DNA of 64,000 bases from assembly GCA_002433075.1 (NCBI GenBank), contig DJHM01000042.1:2804-66803 (forward strand), given 5' to 3'. The notes under the pieces were generated by a model, which saw nothing but the letters and a program-made list of their open reading frames with translations, was not told where the DNA came from and did no database searches. This document shows positions 1-9,954 of the stretch, one piece after another. Both the position numbers and the translations under genes were made by a program. Source of the DNA: Latescibacteria bacterium UBA6620. GTDB lineage: Bacteria; Latescibacterota; UBA2968. Within the stretch, counting starts at the first letter, position 1. Each line of letters starts with the position of its first letter.

Positions 1-5
1 CAGGG

Positions 6-1874
6 ATGATTCTGGGATCGGCTTCGCTCGTGAAGTCCCAGCTTCCGATCGCGATGCTGATGCCTTTCGTCGCGTGGGTCGTCATCAACACAACCATCAA
101 ATTCGTTCGTCCTTCACTCGCCCTCCGTTCGCACGAAATGCTCGTGATCTACAGCTGTTCGTGGATCGTAGGAACCGTGCCCGCGAGCGGCTGGACCACC
201 TATTGGGGTGGGATCGTCAGCGCACCCGTCTACCACGCGTCCCCTGAAAACGCTTGGAAGGAACACCTTTTCGACATCCTGCCGTGGTGGAATCTGCCTC
301 ATCGGTCAGACGCCATCATCAGGACCTACTACGAAGGTATTCCCGCAGGACAGGCGATTCCGTGGAGCGGCTGGTTCGGGTCGTTGTTCTGGTGGACGGC
401 CGTATCCGTCGCGCTGGTCATCGTCGGCCTCTGCATCGCCACCATCTTCCAGAAGCAGTGGGAGCACGCCGAACGTCTGACTTTTCCGCTGGCCGAGTTT
501 CCGCTCGAACTGACACGCGGCTTCGACAGCGACGATCGGATCCCGGCGCTGTTCCGGAATCGGGTCTTTTGGACCGGCTTCTTCAGCGTCTTCGCTGTCT
601 TTGTCTACAACATCACAGGCTATTTCTATCCCGACCTCCCCCGTCTGGCGATCTACGATGACGTCAACACGAAGGTCGTGACGCTTGCGCGAGGGTTCCC
701 ACAGGCCTACCTGCGGATCCTTCCACCCGTCATCGGGTTCACGTTCCTGTGCAACCTGGAGATCCTGCTCAGCCTCTGGGTCTTCCGAGTTTTCGCCATC
801 CTGCAGGAAGGGCTGATGACCCGCGTCGGGTTCGCCGTCGGACTCCAGGGACAACAGGCGGAAGCGGCCGAGATAATGACCCTCGAGTCGCACGGCGCGC
901 TCGTCTTCCTGGCCATCTATGCCGTATGGGTCGCTCGGCATCATCTCGCCGGGGTCTGGAGGTGCGTGAAGGAAGGCCCGCGCTCGCAGAACGACGACGG
1001 ATGGATCCCCTATCGCTACGCCCTCCTCGGTCTGATCGCCGGATGCGTTTTCATCATCGGGTGGTTCCGCGGGCTCGGGCTCTCTCTCGGCCTTTGCGTG
1101 TGCCACCTTGCCCTGATGCTGGTGGGCTACTTCACGGTCAGCAAGTTCATCGCCCTCACCGGTTTCCCCTATCTGTTTCCGGTAGGAAGAAAAGGTGGGG
1201 AGATCCTTCAGATGTTCACCGGTACGGCCAACCTCAGCAATAGTGACTTCATTGGACTCGGTTTCATCAACTCGAACGCGTTCTTCGGGAATATTCGGAT
1301 TCCAGCCTGGCCAGCGCTTCCTCACCACCTTCGAATGTTCGGAAGAGCAACGCACCAGCGACTGCTCGTATTCTGGTCGGCTCCGGCCGCGTTCGCCGTA
1401 GGGATGGTCGCCTCCTGCGTCTTCATCGTCTACCTGGGGTATGCCTACGCCGGCCAGAACCTCGGCCTTACCGGCTTCAGCACGGGACACATCCGGACTT
1501 ACGATGGGATGGTCACCGCGATGATCAATGACGACAAGACCCTGCCCGACCCAGGCAAGGCCACCGTCTGGGCCCTGGGGTTCGGGTTCGCCTATCTTCT
1601 GACGATGTTGGGTAATCGACTCTCTTGGTGGCCGTTGCACCCTCTGGGTTTCGCGTTCCAGACGATGGGCGGGTCCCGGTTCTACGCATTCAGCATCTTC
1701 CTCGTCTGGCTCACCAAGCTGGCCATCCTCCGGATTGGCGGGATCGCTCTCTACAACCGTTCGAAGCCGTATTTCATTGGCCTCGTGGTCGGTTACGTCG
1801 TTTCCGTAGCGACTTCGGCCGCCGTCGACTTCATCTGGTTTCCCGACGATGGGCACGGCGTTCATAACTGGTAG
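6..1874 (+). CDS. Polytopic membrane protein, DUF6785/DUF6784-like (putative peptide/solute transporter); probably 5'-truncated by the window edge
   Basis: 622-aa ORF with many hydrophobic helices; motifs 'QWEHAERLTFPLAEFP' and 'WWPLHPLGF' resemble this family. Confidence 0.65.
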   Translation: MILGSASLVKSQLPIAMLMPFVAWVVINTTIKFVRPSLALRSHEMLVIYSCSWIVGTVPASGWTTYWGGIVSAPVYHASPENAWKEHLFDILPWWNLPHRSDAIIRTYYEGIPAGQAIPWSGWFGSLFWWTAVSVALVIVGLCIATIFQKQWEHAERLTFPLAEFPLELTRGFDSDDRIPALFRNRVFWTGFFSVFAVFVYNITGYFYPDLPRLAIYDDVNTKVVTLARGFPQAYLRILPPVIGFTFLCNLEILLSLWVFRVFAILQEGLMTRVGFAVGLQGQQAEAAEIMTLESHGALVFLAIYAVWVARHHLAGVWRCVKEGPRSQNDDGWIPYRYALLGLIAGCVFIIGWFRGLGLSLGLCVCHLALMLVGYFTVSKFIALTGFPYLFPVGRKGGEILQMFTGTANLSNSDFIGLGFINSNAFFGNIRIPAWPALPHHLRMFGRATHQRLLVFWSAPAAFAVGMVASCVFIVYLGYAYAGQNLGLTGFSTGHIRTYDGMVTAMINDDKTLPDPGKATVWALGFGFAYLLTMLGNRLSWWPLHPLGFAFQTMGGSRFYAFSIFLVWLTKLAILRIGGIALYNRSKPYFIGLVVGYVVSVATSAAVDFIWFPDDGHGVHNW

Positions 1875-1898
1875 GCAAGTCGAGAAGGAGAAAAGCAA

Positions 1899-1928
1899 AA
1901 GGAGGGCGATTTTCATTTCGCCCTCCTT
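1899..1928. terminator. Bidirectional intrinsic terminator-like hairpin between convergent genes
   Basis: AAGGAGGGCGA (1899-1909) pairs with TCGCCCTCCTT (1918-1928); A-rich on the left, pyrimidine-rich on the right. Confidence 0.6.
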
Positions 1929-1960
1929 CTCTACTTCTATCCTTCTCTACTTTTCCCTCT

Positions 1961-3466
1961 TCACATCAAGGCAAGGATATCATCATACACGGCCCTTGCT
2001 CCGAACAACGTGAACACCAGCCCGCAGATCACATTCATCCACACCAGAAACGGTCCCATCCTGAACGGCTTGGGCAACCACTTCCGATCGATCCACACCA
2101 TCGCGAAACACCAGGGGCCAGCTAGAAACACGCCGGTGACGTGCAGGGGAATCGTCATCATCGAAATCGGGTTCCATCCAATCCCTGCGGGATCGTTCAG
2201 CGCCGTCCACCAGGCCACGCAGACCAAAGCACCTCCTGCGATGGCCGTGTAGGTCAGCGTCCACACCCTTGTTCTCTCCAGGCTAAGCTCAGACCACTCG
2301 GGACGAGCGGATCGAACACACTCGTGAGCGGTCCGCACGTAGAGTTCGAACGCGCCGTAGACCGTACCGAAAATCGCGAAGAACACACCCGCCTTGTAGA
2401 GCCCCCCGAGAAACCGCTGCACCCAGGAGCTCTCGTGCAGACCCGTCAGGAAGACCACCTGGTGATTGTAGAGGTCCATCCCGGAAGGCACGATCTCGTT
2501 GGGGTGAAGCAGGGTCGCCCCCAGGATCAGGAACGCGGCCGTAAACAGAAGCACGCTGATGAATGAAACCACCGAATCGATCAACGGGGCCTTCAGCCAC
2601 GCCAGTCCGAGCGCCACGTTTTCATCGTCTGTCGCAAGCGGTACCGGTGCATCGGTGTCGACGTCTTTTCGCCGCCCGATCATCCCCCAACCCTTCTCCC
2701 GTAACATTCCCACGTAGCCCACGTAGTCCTGGACGCCTCCGCCCATCACTCCCATATAGGCCACCATTTCGACAATCAACGTCCGATCCGCGAACAACGG
2801 GTTTCGGGCTACCCAATCGGGGTAGGCTGGCAGGGAGGGCACGACAGCACCCATCAGGGCCGCAGACCAGTCCGGGGATGCCGCGACTGTGGCCACCAGC
2901 ATCACGACAAGCATCGAGCTGACCAGGATCGTCTGCGCCTTTTCCAGGAGCCCATAGCTCTGCAACAGCGTCAGCGCGATCAGCAGAACGATGAACAGCA
3001 ACGCAATCACGTGCGGGTAGGCCGCCGGGTTCTCGAACAGTACCCATGAGGTGATCGTGCCCAGCATAATCGGCAGACTCGACAGGTAAAACGGGAACGA
3101 GACGACCATCACCAGCCCGACAAACCACGGGAAGAGCCCACGCGGTCCAGGCAGCACGGCCCACCGGTCCATCGGATGTTCCCCGGTCAGGGTCATATAC
3201 CTGGCGGCTGAGTAGACCTGCACGATTTTGGTAATCGTGAACAGGCTAAACGCCCAGAACATCCCGTACCCGAAAATGGCGCCGCTGCGCGACGCCCACA
3301 CCGTCTCCCCACTTCCGATCGTCACCGAGGCAATGATTGCCCCGGGACCAAAGAAGGCAAGGAAATCCCGGACCTTCTTCGAAGTCAGCTGCGGAGCGAG
3401 TGCCGGGAAGGTGAGGGATGAATTGTCTGCCAAATCTGCCTCCTTCGACGCAATCAGAGCGGGCAA
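1961..3466 (-). CDS. Nramp-like (APC superfamily) transporter
   Basis: 501 aa, about 11 TM helices, N-terminal 'FGPGAIIASVTIGSGE' motif. Confidence 0.7.
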   Translation of the reverse strand: MPALIASKEADLADNSSLTFPALAPQLTSKKVRDFLAFFGPGAIIASVTIGSGETVWASRSGAIFGYGMFWAFSLFTITKIVQVYSAARYMTLTGEHPMDRWAVLPGPRGLFPWFVGLVMVVSFPFYLSSLPIMLGTITSWVLFENPAAYPHVIALLFIVLLIALTLLQSYGLLEKAQTILVSSMLVVMLVATVAASPDWSAALMGAVVPSLPAYPDWVARNPLFADRTLIVEMVAYMGVMGGGVQDYVGYVGMLREKGWGMIGRRKDVDTDAPVPLATDDENVALGLAWLKAPLIDSVVSFISVLLFTAAFLILGATLLHPNEIVPSGMDLYNHQVVFLTGLHESSWVQRFLGGLYKAGVFFAIFGTVYGAFELYVRTAHECVRSARPEWSELSLERTRVWTLTYTAIAGGALVCVAWWTALNDPAGIGWNPISMMTIPLHVTGVFLAGPWCFAMVWIDRKWLPKPFRMGPFLVWMNVICGLVFTLFGARAVYDDILALM

Positions 3467-3499
3467 ACCGAACGGGCGAGCCCAACGAACTCAAACGGA

Positions 3500-4921
3500 C
3501 TATATATGGATCGCTGCTTTGTCTACGGCCAGGGCCGCTTCCTTCATCGCCTCGGGGAGAGTCGGGTGTGCGTGCATCGTCCGTGCGATGTCTTCCGCGC
3601 TGCTCGAGAATTCCATCGCAAGAACGGCTTCTGACAGCATCTCCGACGCGCGCGCCCCAAGGATGTGCACACCTAGGACCCGATCGGTCCGGGCATCGGC
3701 GATCATCTTGACCATCCCCTCGGTGTCTTCGAGACTGTGGGCCCGGCCGTTCGCCATAAACGGAAACTTGCCAACCTTCACGTCGCCGACTTTCTCGCGA
3801 GCGAGCTCCTCCGTCAAGCCCACCGAGGCCAGCTCCGGATGTGTGTAGACAACCCCGGGCACGGTATCGTAGTTCACGTGGCCGGCCTTGCCCGCGATCA
3901 GCTCCACCGCCGCGATCCCCTCCTCCTCAGCCTTGTGCGCCAGCATCGGCCCGGTGATGACATCTCCGATGGCGTAGACGCCTTCGACCGAAGTCCGGTA
4001 CGCGTAGTCCACGACGATGCGCCCACGGTCATCGAACTCCACACCGGCTTCCGCGGCACCCAGCCCCTCGGCGTTCGCTCGTCGGCCGACGGCCACGAGC
4101 AATCGGTCGCATACCTCCGAGTGACGTTCTCCGCCTTTCTCAGACAGCGTCACATGTACCCGTCCATCTTTCACTTCGCCGGTGTCGGCCTTGCTTTCCA
4201 AACAGAATGAAATGCCCTGCTGCTCCAACGCCTTCTGCAGCTGAACGGCCATTTCTATATCCATCCCCGGTACGATCTGCGGCATCAGTTCCAGCACGGA
4301 TACCTCGGACCCCAATCGGTTCCAGACCGACCCTAATTCCAGACCAATCGCCCCGCCCCCGATCACGATCAGCTTCTCAGGCACCTCTTCGAACCCAAGC
4401 GCTTCGGTCGAAGACACGATGTGCTGCCCGTCGAAAGGCAGGTTCGGAAGCTCCACTGCGACAGACCCCGTCGCGAGGATGATGTGTTTTGCAGAGTACT
4501 GCCCCTCCCCCTTCCCGTTACTCACTTCGACGACACCGCCACCGGCAAGCCGTCCCAGCCCTTGCAGGTGTGTCACCTTGTTTTTCCGAAACAGCCCACG
4601 GATGCCACCGGTCATTCTCTTCACGATGCCGGACTTGCGTTTCATCATCGTCGCCAGATCCAGAGACACGTCTTTTGCCACAACGCCGTGACGATCCAGT
4701 GTCGATGCGGCCTGATGGTAGAGTTGACTCGATTCGAGCAACACTTTGCTCGGGATGCATCCGATGTTCAGACACGTCCCCCCCAACTGGGACATCTCAA
4801 CGCAGGCCGTGTTCATCGCGAGCTGAGCCGCCCGGATCGCGGCCACGTACCCGCCCGGGCCGGCGCCGATCACGATCACATCGTAGGTCTCGTCAGCCAA
4901 TGAAGTCCTCGGTGCGGCCAT
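3500..4921 (-). CDS. lpdA: Dihydrolipoamide dehydrogenase (E3)
   Basis: GAGPGG FAD motif, GGTCLNIGCIPSK disulfide, C-terminal HPTLPE; follows sucB. Confidence 0.97.
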   Translation of the reverse strand: MAAPRTSLADETYDVIVIGAGPGGYVAAIRAAQLAMNTACVEMSQLGGTCLNIGCIPSKVLLESSQLYHQAASTLDRHGVVAKDVSLDLATMMKRKSGIVKRMTGGIRGLFRKNKVTHLQGLGRLAGGGVVEVSNGKGEGQYSAKHIILATGSVAVELPNLPFDGQHIVSSTEALGFEEVPEKLIVIGGGAIGLELGSVWNRLGSEVSVLELMPQIVPGMDIEMAVQLQKALEQQGISFCLESKADTGEVKDGRVHVTLSEKGGERHSEVCDRLLVAVGRRANAEGLGAAEAGVEFDDRGRIVVDYAYRTSVEGVYAIGDVITGPMLAHKAEEEGIAAVELIAGKAGHVNYDTVPGVVYTHPELASVGLTEELAREKVGDVKVGKFPFMANGRAHSLEDTEGMVKMIADARTDRVLGVHILGARASEMLSEAVLAMEFSSSAEDIARTMHAHPTLPEAMKEAALAVDKAAIHI

Positions 4922-4965
4922 CAGCCGCAGGTGTTCGGTGTCCAGTAATCAGGAGAGTTTTTCGA

Positions 4966-6174
4966 TCAAACTTCCAGCATCATTCGAGCAGGATCTTCGA
5001 GCAGTTCTTTGACCCGCACGAGCCAGGTCACTGAATCCCGACCGTCGACCAGCCGGTGATCGTAGGTCAGTGCCAGATACATCACTGGGCGCACTTCTAC
5101 CTGGTCCCCGACGGCGACCGGGCGGTTCTGGATCGAGTGCATACCCAGAATGCCCGTCTGGGGTGGGTTCAGGATCGGGGTCGAAAGCATCGAACCGAAG
5201 ACCCCCCCATTCGTAATCGTGAAGGTGCCCCCGCTCAGGTCAGGAATACTCAGCTTCCCTTCTCGACCGGCCAGGGCCACTCGCTTGATCTCCGACTCGA
5301 TCGTCGCGAACGACATCTGGTCCGCATTCTTCAGAACCGGAACCACGAGACCCTTCGGTGTGCTGACCGCGATCCCCATATTGACGTAATCGTGATAGAC
5401 GATGTCGACATCTTCGATGCTTGCGTTGACGTTCTCGAATTCCTGTAGCGCCAGTACGCTCGCACGGACGAAGAACGACATCAGACCCAGGGAGATCCCG
5501 TGTTTCTCCGCAAAGGCCCCCTTGTAGTTCCCTCGCAGCTCGAAGATGGCCGACATATCAACTTCGTTGAACGTCGTCAACATCGCGGCCGTGTGCTGTG
5601 CGGTCACCAGATTCGTCGCCAGCCGCTTCCGCAACCGGCTCATCGGCTCTCTTCGCTCTCCTCCGACCGCAGGAACTGCAGATGCAGGCGGAGCAACTGG
5701 AGCCTCTTCCGCTTTCGCGCCTCCGTCTGCCGACGACAGGTGGTTCTCAACATCTTCCTTCGTCAGGCGACCGTCTTTACCCGAACCCTGAATCTCTTCA
5801 GGATTCAGTCCGTGTTCGGTCACGAGCCTGCGCACGGCCGGACTCAGCCCATCCTCCTGCGGCGGCGATGCGGTCGCCCCGGCATCCGGTTCGGCCGCCG
5901 CCTCAGCTGACGGCTCCTCAGCCGCAGGGCTACCGGCCCCTGACTCGTCGATCGTGGCCACCGTGTCTCCGACCTGCACGGTATCGCCTTCCGCCTTGAC
6001 GCGAGTCACTACACCCGCGGCCGTTGCCGGTAGTTCTGCGTCCGCCTTGTCCGTTTCAATCACACAGACCGACTCGTCCACTTCCACACGATCCCCGTCC
6101 TGCTTGAGCCATTCGACCAGGATGGCTTCTGTCACAGATTCGCCCAGCTCTGGAATCTCCACGTTCACAGCCAT
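4966..6174 (-). CDS. sucB: 2-oxoglutarate dehydrogenase E2 (dihydrolipoyl succinyltransferase)
   Basis: Lipoyl domain ETDKA, E3-binding GSGKDGRL, catalytic DHRLVDG. Confidence 0.97.
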   Translation of the reverse strand: MAVNVEIPELGESVTEAILVEWLKQDGDRVEVDESVCVIETDKADAELPATAAGVVTRVKAEGDTVQVGDTVATIDESGAGSPAAEEPSAEAAAEPDAGATASPPQEDGLSPAVRRLVTEHGLNPEEIQGSGKDGRLTKEDVENHLSSADGGAKAEEAPVAPPASAVPAVGGERREPMSRLRKRLATNLVTAQHTAAMLTTFNEVDMSAIFELRGNYKGAFAEKHGISLGLMSFFVRASVLALQEFENVNASIEDVDIVYHDYVNMGIAVSTPKGLVVPVLKNADQMSFATIESEIKRVALAGREGKLSIPDLSGGTFTITNGGVFGSMLSTPILNPPQTGILGMHSIQNRPVAVGDQVEVRPVMYLALTYDHRLVDGRDSVTWLVRVKELLEDPARMMLEV

Positions 6175-6177
6175 CGC

Positions 6178-8949
6178 TTACGCTTCCTTTCCCGTTCTGT
6201 TGAGCGCATCGTCCACGAGGTCGGCCTGTTCTTTGAGGTGCCGCCCCATCAACCCGGTCGCCGGACTCGCCGACGGCTTCCGGCCGGCATAGCCGACGGG
6301 AAGTCGGTTCTCCAGCGCTTTCCGCAGTTTGGGTTCGGCGAAATCCCAGCTGCCCATATTCTGAGGTTCTTCCTGGGCCCAAACCACTTCCTCCGTCTTG
6401 CTGTAGCGCGCCAGGATTTCGGCCACCTCTTTCCACGGGAAGGGGTGCAGCTGCTCCACGCGGATGACGGCCACGTCCTTCACGTTCCTCTCGTTTTGCG
6501 CGGCGAGAAGGTCAAAGTAGACTTTCCCCGTGCAGAAGACCAGTCGCCGGATGTTCCCCGGTCGCTTGACCAGCGGGTCGTCGAGGATCGGATAGAATAC
6601 GTGATCGGTCAGGTCTTCGAGGGAGGAGGTCGAATCCTTGTGCCGCAAGAGGCTCTTCGGCATAAACAGAATGAGTGGCTTTCTGAAGTCGCGTCTGATC
6701 TGGCGTCGGAGAAGATGGAAATACTGACCCGGCAGCGTGGGGATAGCAACCTGCATATTGTCCTGGGAGCAGAGCGCCAGATATCTCTCGATACGCGCGC
6801 TCGAATGTTCGGGCCCCTGCCCCTCGAACCCATGAGGCAGGAGCATCACGAGTCCGCTCATCCGCTGCCATTTCTGCTCCGCGCAAGAAATAAACTGGTC
6901 GATCATCGGTTGGGCCATATTCGAGAAATCGCCGAACTGGGCCTCCCAGATCGACAGCCGACGCGGGTCAGCCAGACTGATCCCGTACTCGAAACCCACG
7001 ACCGCAAGCTCGCTCAACATCGAGTTCAACAGCGTAAACTCACCCTGATCTTCCGACAGGTGGGCGAGCGGCCAGTATTGCCGGCCGTTCTCGTGATCAT
7101 GCCAGACGCCGTGTCGGTGGCTAAAGGTGCCCCGTTGGCAGTCCTGCCCGGACAACCGCACCATCGTGCCCTCCAGTAACAGACTCCCGAAGGCCAGCAT
7201 TTCGGCGCAGCCCCAGTCCATCGGGGTGTCCCCAAAAACCATATCCCTCCGGGTCTTCACGAGCCGATCGAGCTTTCGGTAGATGTTGAACCCATCGGGC
7301 GTCGTCGTCGCCCGATCGGCGATCGTCTTCAACATCTCCGCTTCGACTCGCGTATCCGCCGTCCAGTCGTCCCCGGCTCGGCTCAACCCCTTCCAAGCGC
7401 CTCCGAACGAACTCATGCTTTCAGCCGGAACCTTTTCGTGCGCACGATCCAGCGCCTGGTCCAACTTCTGGCGCAATGCCTCGCGGATTTCCGTGACCCT
7501 TTCCTTCGTCAGCACGTTGTGTTCGACCAGGTCGGCTTCGTAGATCTTGTCGATCGTCGGGTGCTTGGCAATCGCCTTGTATCGCGTCGGCTGCGTGAAA
7601 ACTGGATCATCTCCCTCGTTGTGACCGTGACGGCGGTAACACCAGAGGTCGATGATCACGTCCGCCTTGAACGCCTGCCGATACCGCATCGCCATCATCG
7701 CCGTGTGAACCACGGCTTCGGGGTCATCGCCGTTCACGTGGAAAACCGGGGCCTGTACGATCTTGGCCACATCCGACGGGTAAGAGGTAAACCGGCTCTG
7801 TCGGGGTGTCGCCGTAAACCCGATCTGGTTGTTCACGATAATGTGAATGGTACCGCCGTTGTCGTAGCCGTTCAGCTGGGCCAGGCAGAGCGTCTCCGAA
7901 ATGATCCCCTGCCCCGTGAACGACGCATCTCCGTGAACCAGAACGGGAACAATCTGGCCCTTCTGGACGTCGCCTCGAATCTCCTGCTTGGCGAACACGA
8001 GCCCCTCGACGACCGGGTCGATCAATTCGAGGTGGGACGGATTCGGGCTCAGGGACATGTGTACGGTCTGACCGCTCTGCGTGACATAGTCATTCGAGTA
8101 GCCCATATGGTATTTCACGTCGCCCGAGCCATCGACGCCCTGATCCGGCACGGTCCCTTCAAACTCGCTGAAAAGCTGCTCGTAGGGCTTTTCCAGAACG
8201 TGGGCGAGCACGTTCAGTCGACCGCGGTGGGCCATACCGAGGACCATCTCATCGACTTCAAGTGCGGCCCCCGTTTCCGCAAGGGTCGTGAGGAGAGGCA
8301 CGAGCGTTTCTCCCCCTTCGAGGCTGAACCTCTTGTGGCCGATGAACTTCGTATGGAGGTAGTTTTCAAAGCCCTGGGCGGCAACCACCTGGCGGAAGAT
8401 CTGTTCTCGATCCTCGTTCGTAAACTTGGGTCGGTTGGAAGTCGGCTCCATCTGGCGCTGAAGCCACTCCTGCTGGCTCTTGTAGGGAATCTCCAGGTAC
8501 TCCACCCCGATCGACCGGCAATACGTCGCCTGGAGCTTATCGATCAGATCCCGTAACGTACCATCGGTGTTCCCCCCGAACCCGCAGGAACCGACCTGCG
8601 TGTCCAGGTCGGCTTCGGTGAGCCCGTACTCGCCGATGTCGAGCAGGGGGTGGGGCGGCCGGTCGTAAGAGACCGGGGCGAGGTGGGCAACGAGGTGCCC
8701 CATTCTCCGGTAGGCCGTGACGAGCGAGTCCGCACCCCGCAGGATGCGTCTGGCTGGACCCGCTTCATCTCCCTCTCCGTCCACGGAGAGGCCTGTAGAC
8801 CCATCGGCCCCATCGGCGAGTTCGAACCCCGCGAAAAAGGCTCGCCAATCCGTGCTGACGACCTCTGGATTCTGACGATACTTCGCCCACATCTCCTCGA
8901 CGTAAGCGACATTCTCGATGTGAGCGAAGTCAAATTCGGACATACGCAT
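6178..8949 (-). CDS. sucA: 2-oxoglutarate dehydrogenase E1
   Basis: GMAHRGRLNVL, GDVKYH, HGDASFTGQG (ThDP motif), GQGPEHSSAR. Confidence 0.97.
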   Translation of the reverse strand: MRMSEFDFAHIENVAYVEEMWAKYRQNPEVVSTDWRAFFAGFELADGADGSTGLSVDGEGDEAGPARRILRGADSLVTAYRRMGHLVAHLAPVSYDRPPHPLLDIGEYGLTEADLDTQVGSCGFGGNTDGTLRDLIDKLQATYCRSIGVEYLEIPYKSQQEWLQRQMEPTSNRPKFTNEDREQIFRQVVAAQGFENYLHTKFIGHKRFSLEGGETLVPLLTTLAETGAALEVDEMVLGMAHRGRLNVLAHVLEKPYEQLFSEFEGTVPDQGVDGSGDVKYHMGYSNDYVTQSGQTVHMSLSPNPSHLELIDPVVEGLVFAKQEIRGDVQKGQIVPVLVHGDASFTGQGIISETLCLAQLNGYDNGGTIHIIVNNQIGFTATPRQSRFTSYPSDVAKIVQAPVFHVNGDDPEAVVHTAMMAMRYRQAFKADVIIDLWCYRRHGHNEGDDPVFTQPTRYKAIAKHPTIDKIYEADLVEHNVLTKERVTEIREALRQKLDQALDRAHEKVPAESMSSFGGAWKGLSRAGDDWTADTRVEAEMLKTIADRATTTPDGFNIYRKLDRLVKTRRDMVFGDTPMDWGCAEMLAFGSLLLEGTMVRLSGQDCQRGTFSHRHGVWHDHENGRQYWPLAHLSEDQGEFTLLNSMLSELAVVGFEYGISLADPRRLSIWEAQFGDFSNMAQPMIDQFISCAEQKWQRMSGLVMLLPHGFEGQGPEHSSARIERYLALCSQDNMQVAIPTLPGQYFHLLRRQIRRDFRKPLILFMPKSLLRHKDSTSSLEDLTDHVFYPILDDPLVKRPGNIRRLVFCTGKVYFDLLAAQNERNVKDVAVIRVEQLHPFPWKEVAEILARYSKTEEVVWAQEEPQNMGSWDFAEPKLRKALENRLPVGYAGRKPSASPATGLMGRHLKEQADLVDDALNRTGKEA

Positions 8950-8983
8950 ATCTCCGGATCGAGATTCGACTGAAAGGCCGGCT

Positions 8984-9013
8984 AAGGTAGCAAGACGCTG
9001 ACGCTAATGTCAA
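8984..9013 (-). promoter_or_regulatory. sigma70-type promoter for sucA-sucB-lpdA
   Basis: Minus strand TTGACA-18 nt-TACCTT with a TGn extended -10. Confidence 0.55.
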
Positions 9014-9090
9014 GGTAAACAACAAAATATGACTGATTCAGAGCTCCGGGAAGGGCACCGATCTGCCGGTGGCGCGTAAGATCTTTTTCA

Positions 9091-9119
9091 TTGACACCCT
9101 CTAATCTATAAGTTATCTT
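9091..9119 (+). promoter_or_regulatory. sigma70-type promoter for the ilv-leu operon
   Basis: TTGACA (9091-9096)-17 nt-TATCTT (9114-9119). Confidence 0.7.
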
Positions 9120-9170
9120 TTAAGTTCTAAGCAGGACAGGACCTTACACTCGTCTCGACACCTGAAAATC

Positions 9171-9338
9171 ATGAACGGTTATGCCAAAACAGCCGATTTG
9201 ACGGCCTCCCCGGCCCGACTTTCTTCGTCCCCACCTGCCGGTCGCTCGATCCTGCCCCGGGCGACCGCTGGCCGTTCGCTTATTCTACTCGTAGTCATCA
9301 TTGTTAAGAGCCTTCCTGCAGCTCTTCTTGCAGCTTAG
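9171..9338 (+). CDS. ilv/leu attenuator leader peptide (55 aa)
   Basis: MNGYAKTADLTASPARLSSSPPAGRSILPRATAGRS-LILLVVIIV-KSLPAALLAA*; nine consecutive Leu/Ile/Val codons (9279-9305) including CTA, GTA and ATT. Confidence 0.8.
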   Translation: MNGYAKTADLTASPARLSSSPPAGRSILPRATAGRSLILLVVIIVKSLPAALLAA

Positions 9339-9339
9339 C

Positions 9340-9411
9340 GGCTCAATTCCACTCACACCCACATTCGAGATTGTGAATTGAGCCTCTGAAGCGATTCAAA
9401 GGCTTTTTTTT
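9340..9411 (+). terminator. Attenuator: antiterminator plus mutually exclusive intrinsic terminator
   Basis: GGCTCAATTC (9340-9349) pairs perfectly with GAATTGAGCC (9375-9384), which overlaps the 5' arm of the terminator AGCCTCTGAA-GCGA-TTCAAAGGCT followed by a T8 run (9404-9411). Confidence 0.85.
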
Positions 9412-9432
9412 GTGCCCAACAGGACCTGAACG

Positions 9433-9930
9433 ATGCCGAAAAAACATACAATATGCGCACTTGTCGAGAATCACTTCGGTGTCCTCGGCCGGGTCGCCGG
9501 ACTCTTCTCCAGTCGTGGATACAATATCGACAGCCTCTCCGTCGGTGAGACCGAAGATCCCAAAATTTCCCGGATGACGATCGTGGTACGTGGAAACGAT
9601 CGCGTACTCGAGCAGGTCGTAAAGCAGTTGAACCGGCTAATCGACGTCATCCGTGTCATCGATATCACGCAGGGCGCCTTCATCGAACGTGAGTTGGCCC
9701 TCGTGAAGGTCAAGGCAACCCCGGCCACCCGATCCGAGATCATTCAGATCGCTGAGGTCTTTCGGGCCAACATCGTCGATGTCAGCACCTCTTCCATGAC
9801 GATCGAAGCCACCGGCAAAGAAGACAAAATCAACGCGATGACCACGATGCTCGCTCAATACGGCATCAACGAAATGGCCAGAACAGGCAACGTAGCCCTG
9901 CTGCGAGATTCGCAACCTGGACAGGCCTGA
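9433..9930 (+). CDS. ilvN: Acetolactate synthase small (regulatory) subunit
   Basis: ACT domain 'LVENHFGVLGRVAGLFSSRGYNIDSLSVG', 'ERELALVKV'. Confidence 0.96.
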   Translation: MPKKHTICALVENHFGVLGRVAGLFSSRGYNIDSLSVGETEDPKISRMTIVVRGNDRVLEQVVKQLNRLIDVIRVIDITQGAFIERELALVKVKATPATRSEIIQIAEVFRANIVDVSTSSMTIEATGKEDKINAMTTMLAQYGINEMARTGNVALLRDSQPGQA

Positions 9931-9954
9931 GGCCATTACAGGGAGGAACGCAGG

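Noticed and set aside
306..1916. Long antisense ORFs (also 11101-12714, 9637-10539, 34059-35150, 46335-47363 and others)
   Set aside because: Shadow frames of real GC-rich genes on the opposite strand; no motifs
1921..1960. CTTCTCTA-like 8-mer pyrimidine repeats after the terminator
   Set aside because: Short low-complexity tract; insufficient evidence for function
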